From Fonticula alba ATCC 38817 (lineage: Eukaryota > Protista > Nucleariida), in NCBI GenBank assembly GCA_000388065.2, contig KB932201.1: DNA of 64,000 bases. One strand, given 5' to 3'. The notes beneath the pieces were generated by a model. That model was not told the DNA's origin and searched no databases. It saw only the letters and a program-made list of their open reading frames with translations. The position numbers and the translations under genes were made by a program. Of this stretch, positions 37,481 through 48,802 are shown piece by piece. Position 1 is the first letter of the stretch. The number at the start of each line of letters is the position of its first letter.

Positions 37481-38281
37481 GTGCCTCTTCCTTCCTTCCT
37501 TCCGAGCGCGGGAAAGCACGCCTCTGTGGGTGGCTATGCAATCTGCGCACAGATGCGCTGCTCCGTCAGCGCTATGCTGTGCCGCGCCAGCCGCCCTCAT
37601 CGCCAGCGGGGCTTGTTGCCCATTCCGATGTTCGCATGGATCTCTTTCTGTTTCGACATTTCTCCGTTGGGGCATTCTCTGTGCGCAGCGTTGCTTGTGA
37701 AAGAAAAAAAAAAANNNNNNNNNNNNNNNNNNNNNNNNNNNNNNNNNNNNNNNNNNNNNNNNNNNNNNNNNNNNNNNNNNNNNNNNNNNNNNNNNNNNNN
37801 NNNNNNNNNNNNNNNNNNNNNNNNNNNNNNNNNNNNNNNNNNNNNNNNNNNNNNNNNNNNNNNNNNNNNNNNNNNNNNNNNNNNNNNNNNNNNNNNNNNN
37901 NNNNNNNNNNNNNNNNNNNNNNNNNNNNNNNNNNNNNNNNNNNNNNNNNNNNNNNNNNNNNNNNNNNNNNNNNNNNNNNNNNNNCCCCCCCTCCCTTCCC
38001 TCTCGCCTTCTCTTGGAGGTGAGTGTTCTTGGCCTTTTCGCATTGCGCTATCGTGCTGCACTTTCTCTCTCTCTCTCTCTCTCTCCCCACCAGACAATAA
38101 AAATACAATTGAACCTCCAGCTGGCAGGAGAGGGATGGCTATTGCTTGGAATAGGGGACAGTAGTGGCAGGATGAAAGTCATGAACAGGAGGGTGTTGTA
38201 TTTTAAGGAAAGGGAGGCGCATATATGCAGGCGCCATCAAGGAGGAATGAGTGCGGGCGGAGTTGTTCACATGCACGGCCG

Positions 38282-38348
38282 TCACTCGATGTCCATGGAA
38301 TCCATGGAATGTGAAGAGTACAAGTGGTGCTGAGGGGCGGACATGGGC

Positions 38349-38401
<53 letters not shown>

Positions 38402-39598
38402 ATGGTGGTGGTGTTGCCCAGGGAAGAAGGCCGGCGGCGCGGTGTTCCACCCGCCATCGGCCATGGGCCAAGCTGCCAAGGGCGGCACCATGGCGGCGGC
38501 GGCGGCGGCGGCGGCAGTGGTGGTGGCAGCGGGCGCGGCAACCACATCGGCCTCGGAGTCGGATTCCCCACTGCTGCTATTGTTGCTACTACTACTGCTG
38601 CTCAGTTCAACGATCCGGCTAGGATCATCGAGGAAGAGGTCGGCCGCTTCGGAACAGCGGAGATGGCTGGCATCGGGGGGGCCATTAAAGTGCGCGTCGA
38701 GCCCAAAATACCCCTCCGGCGGCACGACCGCGCGCTGGTATGGAACAATTGAAAGTTCGGCCGGAGTGCTACTTGACATAGGGGGGAAGGCCGGGGGCGG
38801 GGCGTGCTGAAGATGCGGATGTTGATGAAGAGCAGCGGCCAGGCTGCGTGGAGAGAAAAGACGCCCAGATGCAGACATTGCCCGGAGGAGACCGGCCGTG
38901 GTGTCGCACACGGTTGGCCGGAGCCCGGTGTCCGGGGCACTGGCAGCATCGATGTCGAGAGAGGGATCCGAGACGTCAACATCGCCATGGGCGGCTGCCC
39001 GCCCGCCGAAGCCAAAGGGCGCCTGGTAGACCACGAGCTGCTGATCGCCGACGGGCTCGACCCCACTGGGGGGGAACTGTTGCTGTTGGGAGATGTGCCC
39101 CTCCTCGGGCATCGGCGTCGCCAAGTGGGGAGGATCGCCCAGGCGGGTGGCACGCAGGCAGGATGCACGCGGGCGCTTGGCAAGCCCCCCGGACAGCCCG
39201 AAGTCCGAGCAGGTGGCGTCAACAGAGGCCCGGCGCTTCCCAGGCGGCGATGGAGCCACCGTCGGCCGGCCGAGGACGTCTCGTGCTACCGGAATGTGGG
39301 CCTGGTTTGGGGGGACATGTCCGGTGGCGGCCACACCGGCCGAGTGTCCGGGCGATCCCCGGGGACCGCCGGCAAGAGAGAAAAAGGAGCATGGCCGCTT
39401 GGCCTGGGGCCCAGGCTCACACCCAGGGGACAAGTCCGACCCGGAGAGATCGCTTTGTTCGCGAGAGCGCTTGAGCGAGGCGGAAGACCCAGTGCCGGGA
39501 GCTGGAAAGGGAGGCATCGGGCTGGGGGCGGTGAATCCAGCGCGAGAACACGGGAAGGAGAGTTCTGACACTGAGAAGGGAGGTGCCGCACTCAGCAT
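38282..39598 (-). CDS. Intronless low-complexity orphan protein (~438 aa) with polyQ/polyH/polyA/polyS tracts
   Basis: A continuous ORF from ATG 39598 in which the triplet repeats encode homopolymer runs in frame. It has four KR-containing NLS-like motifs and ends in an acidic MDSMDIE*. No family is recognised. Confidence 0.6.
38351..38398 (-). repeat. (CAG)16 coding trinucleotide repeat (polyQ16)
   Basis: A perfect (CTG)16 on the + strand, inside the orphan ORF. Confidence 0.9.
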
Positions 39599-41305
39599 GG
39601 CTGGCGGGCAGGCTGACGAAGGCGGATCGGGAGAGGGGGGCGCCGGGACGCGCGGCAACTGACGGGAGGAGGCCCGAGGCGCGAGGGAGAGGTGAGGGGG
39701 GGAGGAGGGGCAGGAAAGCGAAGGCAAGTTCAGTGTGGCGCACATCACAGTCGAGCCGAGGTGGTTTTAGCTTGCGATCGAGGGATTGATCTTTTCCGGT
39801 CTCTTTCCGAGGGCCAGAGGGTGCAGAGGGAGCCCCGCAGGGGGGGGGGGGGGGGGGGGGAGCCGAGGAGAATGCAGGCGAGCGGACACGGGGATCTCGC
39901 GTCTGTTGGATGGGAGACACTCTCGCGCGAGTGGGGGTCCCAAAGGCAGCACGGGTGCAGGCGGGCGAAAGTGGCGGGGAGGGGGGGAGGGGGGTATCAT
40001 GATCAGATGGCGGGCCAGAGGGCATCCCGCCCGGGAGCGCCTTATAGAGGCCCCAAAGGAGGGGCCGCAGACGGGCCCTGAAGGCGAGTGGCGGCAGCAC
40101 AAGTGGGACTGCGCCCACAGGGGGCATTCGAGGTGGTCCACGCCCGCGCCGCGAGGGTGGCCAGCATCAGAGCACCTCCCGCCGGGTGCTCCCTCGGCGG
40201 CTTGTAGCTCGATGTGCTGCTTTTGTCCCTGCGCCCTGGCGGGGGGGGGGGGGGGGGCGCGGCCCCTACGCCTGGCGCCTCGGGAGGGGGCAGCGGAGTA
40301 AAAGACCTTCGCCCGCCACCTACGGCCCGCCGCCCCCCAATCGCCACACAAGCAGGAAGGCCGGATCCGCGGCCCTCAGCCAGGTGGGCACGAGGCGCGC
40401 ATGCGGCGCCCGGATCGATCTTGGCTCTCCCCTCGGCGCTGGTCTAGAAAGTTCCCGTTCTCGGATTCCCCGTGGCTCGGTTGATCGGCCGGGCGGGGGT
40501 CTGGGGGGGGGGGGGGGCCGAAGGGGCCGGACCGATCGTGCAATGAGCATATACATGTGTTGGGCGTGTCTCTCTTTCCCCGCCCCCGCGGGAGGGATCT
40601 CTGGGCGCCGGCCCGGGGTGTTGTGCCGGCCGCTTTCCTGCTCTTCCGCCCCTCCGTCTGCGACATCCCCCCCTCCCGCCCCCGAGGTCCCGCCCGTTCA
40701 CCGGGCTTCGGGAAATTTCCACAGACCCACATTCGCACCTGCGCATGTCTCCTCTCTGGTGGTGGCTGTTGCTCCAGACGTCCCCCCCCTCCCCCCCCCG
40801 CGGTCACCACAGACTCGCACACAATGGCAAGGCCAGAGGGCTCAGCTCTCTCCCTCCCTCTCTCTCATCATCGTGCGTGCGGCCCCCCCCCCCCCCGTTT
40901 CTCGCCCTATCCCCCCAGGGGGCTCGGGTCAGCCAGGTAACAGCCCAGCGCCGGTCCTGCGTTGGCACTCAATAGTCGCCCGAATTGGCGTGCGTCGGCA
41001 GTTTGCACCCCTGCGCGCTCGTTTTACACACATTAAACCCGAGGAAAGGGGAAGACCGCAAGAACAAGGACAGAGTGTATTATTGGTTGCAGGTGTGCGC
41101 GTGTGCGTGCGCGCGCGCGCGGGCAGGGATGATGCCGGGGGCGTGTGGGGGTTTCGACACATACTCCTCCTTCTCCCTGAAACTACCTGACGCACGCCGG
41201 GGGGCGACGCCGTTTCCACCCGCGGCTGGAAGAGAGAGGGCGACGGAGGGGGCGGGATGAAAGATCACATCCGGATCTTCCTCTCTCGCGGGCCCCCTCT
41301 CCTCC

Positions 41306-44300
41306 TCAGATGGCCGTGCTGCCGGAGTTGTGGAGAGGGGAGCGGTGCAGGGGGAGGTGGCCGGACTCCAGGGCGTCGGAGGGGAGTGGAACCGCGCCGG
41401 CCGGGGCCACCGCATTATTCACCGATCGCGATCGCTGACGCGGCGTGCCTCCCCGGCCGGGGGTCGCCCCTCCGCCGGCCGGCGTCGGCGAAGACCCAGC
41501 CGGCCCGCCGGCGCCGGGAGAGTGGGATCCCATCAGCGACTGGGGAGCCAGCGAGGTAATCAACTCTACGAAGGAGGCCCGACGGGAGTGCCGCGTTGGG
41601 GGCGGCGTCGATACGGCCGGCGCCGCCAGCAACCCGGGCGACCCGATGCTCGGCGTACAGGGCCGACTTTCGACCGGCTGCTGCTGGGGCGCCGTGCATT
41701 CGGCACCGGGGGGAGCCGACGAAGAAGAGCACGACAAGGAGGAAGAGGAGGAGGAGGAACAAGACGAGGGCGAGCGCGAGCTGGAGGGCGACCGGCCGGC
41801 ACGCCGGGCGGACGAGGAGGAAGAGGAAGAGGAGCAGGAGGAGTAGGAGGAGGGCAATCCCGCCGCGGGACACGATCCCCCGGCCGGGGACCTCCCCGCC
41901 TTGGCTGGTGGGACACGACGGCTTTCGGTGGCCAGCGAGGCCGCCAGCGCCTCAATGAGAGCCGGCTGCATAGACAGCGCTTCGACCAGGGAAACAATTT
42001 CACCGCCAATCTCCTCCAACGTCGTCGAGGCCGGCGCACCCGGGCCAGCTCCGAGAGACCGTGACCGGCCCGATGCGATGGGCAGCGCTGATGGCGGCTT
42101 CCTCGTCGAAGCCGAGCACCCCCCGGCCGCCATGCCGCCGGCTGACACGCTGGAGGAAGACCGGCGAACGACCGGCTGCAACGGCGGCAAAGTGGCCGGG
42201 CTCCCGAGTGCCGGCGAGCCAGGCGCACTGGCCGGCGGCGAGGCTGGCAGCGAGGGGGTCGACATGGCCGAGGGCGAGGGCGGCAGCGGGACCGGCGCAT
42301 ATGGTGCCGAGGCAGACTTGCGGCCCTGCGTGGCTCCTCCCTCGGCGGGGGCCGGCCCCCTCGCGGGAGCCTCCCTGGCATCGGGCCTCGAATCGGCCTC
42401 CCCGGCGGCCGGCGGCATGTGCGCCAGCAAATTGGACACCGACGGCGACGTGGGCAAACGCGACACCGCATCGTAGGATGTCTGAGCCTCGGTCATCAGG
42501 GCCGCGCGCGCCTTCGGCGTCAGCTCCATCGGCGTGCAGGCGGCCTTGGTCGGCTTTAGCCGAGCCACGGCGAAGGCCGCGGCCAGGAAACTGCTGGGCT
42601 TGATGCGCACCTGGCCGCTGCTCTTGGATGAGACCGACTCGGCCATTTGCTCGTACTGACTATCAAGCCACTGGTGCACCTTCTGGTCACCGGCCGGCGG
42701 CTGACCTTCGGGCAGTGCCTCCACAAGACCATCATCATGGCTGCTTGGGGTGAGGATGGCGGCCTCCTCGGGAGCATGCCCCAATGAGGGAACCTCCCGT
42801 GTAAAGACACGCCGCGAGGTGAAGGCCGATGGCGAGCAGGCACAAACTTGGGTCTTGGTCGGGCAGCAGCAGCAGCAGCAGGCGATCGCCAAAGCCGGGG
42901 AAGGCTCCGCACCGCCCTCGTACGCCACGCGGAAGGAGTTGTCAGGCTCTTGGATGTCCAGCACCAAGTCCGACAATTCGGCCCGGAACATGCGGCTGCG
43001 CCGGCGAGAAATGCGCCTCGAGCCGGATGACCGAGTGGAGGCAGGGGTCGACGAGGCCAGGCGCGCAGCCGGTGCCGGCCCCCCTCCCTCGGAGTCGGAC
43101 CCCGAGTCTGACTCGTAGTCCGAGGTGAAGTCCGACGAGGCGGTCAGACTGTCACAGGACGAGGAGGAGGTAAGGAGAGAGTTGGAAGGCCGAGGGACGG
43201 CGCGCGCCATCGGGGGGATCCTTTCGCCGGCATCGCTGTCATCATCGTCATCGTCGTAGTCGGAGAATGAGTCATCGTCACTGTCAAAGTCGGTCCAAAG
43301 CGAGGACGAGTCCGACAGGGAGCTGTCCAAATCCGTCGACAGGAGATCCACCGTCGACGAGCAGCAGGAGGAGGAGGAGGCGGAGGAGGAGGCGGCGGCG
43401 GCTGATGGCGGGGACCGGGGGGATGGTGTGGGGGCCGCCTCGTCGTCCGTCAGCGAGGAGTGTGAAGAGTTGCGTCCGGAGGCCGAGGCCGAGGCCGAGC
43501 CCGGCCGCCGCGCGAAGACCGAATCCTGCGATTGCGATAGCCCGGCCGCCGAGAGGGCCAGAAGGTTGCTGGTTGTGGCCGGCGCGATGCCATTCGAAAG
43601 GGTGGCAATCGCCGGAGGGGGTGGCACCCGATGCGCGTGGACTTGCGACCGGCGCCGCGTCCGGACGATGTCCCCATCCATCGAGGCCGACGACACCAGC
43701 TCCGGCATGCCGGCGGTCGAGTCCCCTGCCCGGCGGTCGAGATCACTGGCCGCGCGGGTGACCGTGGACGAGTCGCCGACGCTGGCCCGGAAGCTCCCGC
43801 GCATTGGCCGAGTCCACTGGTGCCCGCCGAGGGCATTGTGCAGCCGGGAAATGACAATGACCGCGGCATTGTCGGCCGACTCGCGAACATATGCCTCGGC
43901 CAGGATGGCATCGGCGGCGGCCTGTGCACAGCGCGTCAGGGGAACCCCCCCAGGGCCGGGGGTTTGATCGGCGGCAGCCACCGGGGCCCGGATGTGTCGA
44001 CGAACAATGTCAATCACCTCGCGCGGCGAAAGCACCGACCAGACGCCGTCACTTGCGAGGACAACGAAATCCTCCACCTGTTGTGGGAGAAAATACGAGG
44101 AGCGCCGGGAGGCCGGTCCGAAGCATGACCAAAGAGGCCCAAAGGAGCGGGCGGGAGCGGACCCGAGCGGGAGGGAGTGGAAGGGAGCGTGAGAATACAG
44201 CAACAGCGTGGGCAACGGGGAAAGGAACAGGGACCCGGGGCCGGGGGGGGAGAAGCCGGGGCCGAGGGACGTGACGTACGCCAGTCAGGGCCAGGGAGTA

Positions 44301-47283
44301 GATGTCAGGCTGCGACGAGACGTAGGGCGTCAGGCGGCTGTCGCCAATGGCACGGGAGACCAGCAGCTGGCCATTGACGCGACCATTGACAACATTACCT
44401 ATGTCGTTGGGTGTGGATGAGGGACGCGGGGGNNNNNNNNNNGACAACGAGGGGCATGGCGAGAGGGGCGTGAGCTGAGGCACAAGAAAAGGAAGAAGAA
44501 AGACACACACGACATGATGCAGGCGAAGGTCGGTGTCGACGCACCACCGAGACTCGCGATGCGCTCTGCCTCGCCCGGGACTTCCGGCGTGTGATCACGC
44601 GTTTGGAAGATAAGATCGCAGTTCGACAAGAAGGGCAGCTCCAACAATGCCAGACGCTCGTGCAGGGAATGCGGCCGCGCACGACTGTGGGAGCCCGGCT
44701 CCATGGCAGGCGCCGGATTGGGGTTCATCAGGGCCGAGGAAATGCCCGGTGGCAAGATCGGCGGCGGGGCCCGCAAAGCCGACGGCGAGAAGACCGAGGG
44801 CAAAACGCCGGTATTCAGCGGCCCGGGCAGGGCCGTATCCACGGCCAGCAGACGGGGCTTCCAGTTGTCGGTTTCCCCGGCCACATGCTCTGGGACCGGG
44901 ACCCGCGGCGGTGGAGGCAGCCCGGCCAGGCTCTCGGCCACCACCGACTGCGACACCAGCTGTGCCGGCAAGTGTAGCACCGTCGGATCACCGGGGCCAT
45001 TGCCCAGTGGCGAACTGGCCTCCGTCAGGACCGTCCCATCAAAGCTGCCGGCCAGGTCATGGTCATTTAGAAGCGACCTACAGGGGATGGTCACCGGCGA
45101 GCCGCCCAGCGCCGGCGATCCCTCGGCCGACGAGAAGTTCCCCGTGCCGGCCATGTTGTTCAGGGCACTCGGGGACCCGGGGATCTCCAGCGACGTGGGG
45201 AGCCGGCTCAGGTCATGCACCGGGCTCCGACAATTGGCACACCCAGAGCAGGACCCGAGTGTCAGGCAGGGACAGGTCGATGAAGCCAGGAAGAGCGATA
45301 GGTGATCCAGCGCCGGGGGCATCATGCGCCGGACATCGGCCAGCGAGTCGCTGGTCGCCGACCCCGCACTCGATGCATCGGCCCCCGCTCCGCCGGTTGG
45401 CGACGGCGAGATGGCCAGGCTCGTGGCACTCCCATAAAGCGAGGCCCCCTGGCCAAGGCCGAGGCTGGCCGAGAGGGACTCTGCCAAGAAGCCGGGCCGG
45501 GCGTAGATGCTCTTATTCAGTCGATAGGCACACTTCAGGCAGCGGCCCTGAACCACCAGAGCCTTGGAGTCTCCAACCACCGCGATATCCATCCGGCCCT
45601 CGGTGATCAACACCAGAGTGGCCGTGGTGCCGGTCTAGGAGGGGGAGGGGGGAGGGGCGGGGGCGGGGGACATTCACCGAGGGGCAAAGGAAACGGACAA
45701 GGAGCGAGGGAAGGGGAAGAGCAGAAACAGAAGAAGGAGGAGAGGGGGCGTCAGATGGGAAGCATAAGGCGCAAGCGGGAAACCGTGGCGTACAATCGTG
45801 GCCCAGGACTCCAATTCAGATTGACACTGGTGGATGGCACGCCGGAGAATGACGTCCGGCGGGAAGCGCTCGCTCATTGGCTGCGTGTTGCTGCTGAAGG
45901 AATGCAGCTGCGAGGCAACCAAATTCACCAGGCGATCCGCGGCAAAGGTGGCCACGGAACTGAAGAACGGGGTACAGGGGGGGGGGGGGGAAGGGGAGGG
46001 GCCGCACATGGGCTGGTCAGGTGCGCGAAAGGGGACCGCACGGCAGAGGGCAGGCCAACATCCGAATAGGGCGTACCGACCACCGTGGCCGTCAAAGATG
46101 CCGAAGAAGTCCTGATTCGGCTTGCCGCCGAAACCCCCGCGAACCACAAGAACATCCTGGAGACGGGTGGGGGGGGGGGAGAGAGAGAGAGAGAGAGAGA
46201 GAGAAAGAAAGAATGGGTAAGCAGCGCGGATGGACACCCCGATGAGGGCAGGGTGTGATCGCGGGGAAAAGCTCGACATGACACACCTGCATCTCACGAC
46301 GTGGGCCCTTGGAGGATGCGAAGCCCACGTCGAAGCGCCGGCTGGGGTGTGGATGGGCAATCGACGGCAAGCTGGCAATGGAGGAAGTCGAGCCGATCGC
46401 CGCCGATGAGAGAGTCGCCAAGCGGGCCGCATGGAGCTTGTACATGGGCAGGCGATTGGGCGACTGCGATGCCGCCGTCGTTGTAAGGCCAGCTGGTGGC
46501 ACAGGCAGGCCCTTCTTTGGCGGGGCGTTGCTCGGAGCCGCCACCACTCCAAGCGGTGGTGGCCCGGCACCGGCGACGGGGATGCGCTCGGGGGAGGTTT
46601 GACTGCGGGCCTGGGATGAAGGGAGGTCCGCTTGAGACCCGGTCAGCGAGCCACGACGAGACATCTCCACCGGGAAGGCGGGCTTTGGGATGGAGCTGAT
46701 GGCCGCCTGGCGAGCGCGATTCAGTCGGCTCCGGAACCCGCGGATGTTCCCCGTGGCCGAGCTGATCAGCACATCTAGCGTGCACACAATCTCCACATTG
46801 CGGGCCAACACCACATCCAGGCGGTCGGACTGTGCGGCACTGTTGTTCCGATGCCCCGGAGGGGGTGAGAAAAGAGAAGAGGGCAGAGGGGGCAGATGGG
46901 GGGCAGGGGGTCAGGAATGGGAGCACCAGGGGGGAAGGGGNNNNNNNNNNGGGGGGGGGGGCCGCGGCAACGTCCGATGGACAGCATGCCCGGGCCGCGT
47001 CTTCTGGGGGAGTCGTGGGAGTGGCCTCGCTCTTTTTCCGTCTCTCCCGCCTGCACCGGCCCTCCCCCCTTTCGCCGTAGGTTGTGTGGGGCGCCAAAAC
47101 GTGCGACCAGCGTGGTGGGAAAGGTGCCGAGGCCATGGACAGGGCGGGGGGGGGGGGGATATGCCTGGGCCTGTAACACGCCTATGTGGGCTGCTCCCCC
47201 TCCCCGCCCCTGACATAAGACACACACCTTGACAGACACCGCGTCTGGGGGGGGGGGGGGGGGGGGGTGGGGTTGGCGGGGGG

Positions 47284-47328
<45 letters not shown>

Positions 47329-48802
47329 CGGGCGGGGGTGTGGGGGGGCGGGGCCCGGGTCCCGGGGGGGGGGGGGGGGGGGATATGCCACGGGAAATGG
47401 GCAAATCGCAGTCGTGCATGCGGACAAGTGGATCCCATCGCGCACCTGAGGCCGCAGCCCTCCAGCCGGAGACGTGTCACCCAGACATTGTTGTTGGCGG
47501 CGGCGATGAGTCGATCGATGTGCGCCGACTCGAAGAGGTCGGGGCACATGCTCAGGTTCACCGAGAAGGGGACCTTGACAAACTCCAGGAGCTGCGGTTG
47601 CGTGGGTATGTCAGGAAAAAGAGCGGGCGAGGGGGAGCAGCATGAGAGCACCAGCGGAAAAAAGAGCACATGTGGACATCGAAAAAGCGGGGATGGCATG
47701 ATGCGCACTGCGACGAGGCTTCCAACCCCATGGGCCGAAAGGCCGGAGATGCCCTCCAGCTCGAGGTTATGAACCGATCCTTCGGATACACGGACATACC
47801 GGGCGATCGACTCGATGCCCAGATCACCGATGGGGTTGCGCGAGAAGGAAAGCGACGTGACAGACGGCTTGTCCAAGAGCAGCGTATCCATGAGGATGCG
47901 CACGTCGCCCGACGAAAGATGGCACCTATTCGACAGCAGGGCAGGGGGATTGGTCAGCCGTGGGGGGGGGAGCGGGGGGGGAGCGGGGGGGGAGCGGGGG
48001 CTTGTCGCGCCCCTCGGGGCCCCGGGGCGGGCAGGAGGAGGGCATGGAGAAACCGCGGAGGAGGTGTGCATCGAGGTAAAAGGACAGGAAAAGCGGGCAC
48101 GCACTCGGTCAGGGAGAGGTGCTTCAAATTGGCCACCGAGCGGAGGCTCGAGGTGAAGATGGACAGCGAATGCTCGCAGAGAGGCACGCCATCCACACGC
48201 AGGGACAAGCCCTCGGCGACCGTGCTCTGCTGCTGCTGGTTGATGGAAGACAGCGTCCCGAAAGTGATCGGCTCGGCGGCAACAGACCCGGGCCGAGTCA
48301 CATCCTTCTCCAGAGATCGCTCGATAAGCTTCATGGTTCGGGCCAGGGCGCGCAACTCGCGGCCGGAGATGCCGGTGGCCGACAAATCGCTCTGGCTGTA
48401 TGCGGCCCCGGGTCCAGCCATGCTGCTGGTCGAGGAGCTGGCGCTGCTACTGGAACTGTTGCTGCTGCTGCTGCTGCCGCCGAGCATCAGGCCGATGCTG
48501 CCGTGGCTGCGTGACAGCATGGACGACGAGAAGAGGGGCGAGAATTTGCTCGAGCTGCTGGACGCGCTCAGCCCGAAGGACTCGATGTATGATCGATGGT
48601 TACTGCGGAGGGCATCTCGGAAGGCCTCCAACACTGGTGGCGGGATCACCAATGGTGGAGCCGCGCGCCGGGGGGCCAAGCACGAGCCGGAAGGTGAGCG
48701 TGCGAAAGGCGAATGACAGGAAAAAAGGGGGGGGGGGGGATGGGAAACCGAGCACGTACGGGGATCCTTGATTTTGGTGCGGGAGCGAAGTGGGAACTTC
48801 AT
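41306..48802 (-). CDS. Large protein: RNI-like leucine-rich repeats + PP2C (PPM) phosphatase + long disordered Ser/Pro tail; about 10 exons
   Basis: LRRs: LKHLSLTECHL, VTSLSFSRNPIGDLGIESIA, VHNLELEG, VTRLRLEGCGL, VLARN. PP2C motifs: VGFASSKGPRREMQD, FFGIFDGHGG, TGTTATLVLI, VVGDSKAL, TRDHTP..EAERIASLGG, GRVNGQLLVSRAIGD, FVVLASDGVWSVLS, SADNAAVIVI. Nine GT-AG introns keep the frame. Confidence 0.85.

Noticed and set aside
37480-37715. Stop-codon readthrough or a reassigned TAG extending the kinase
   Set aside because: Readthrough gives no SARAH-like sequence, and the other genes end normally at TAA or TGA with no internal stops, consistent with the standard code.
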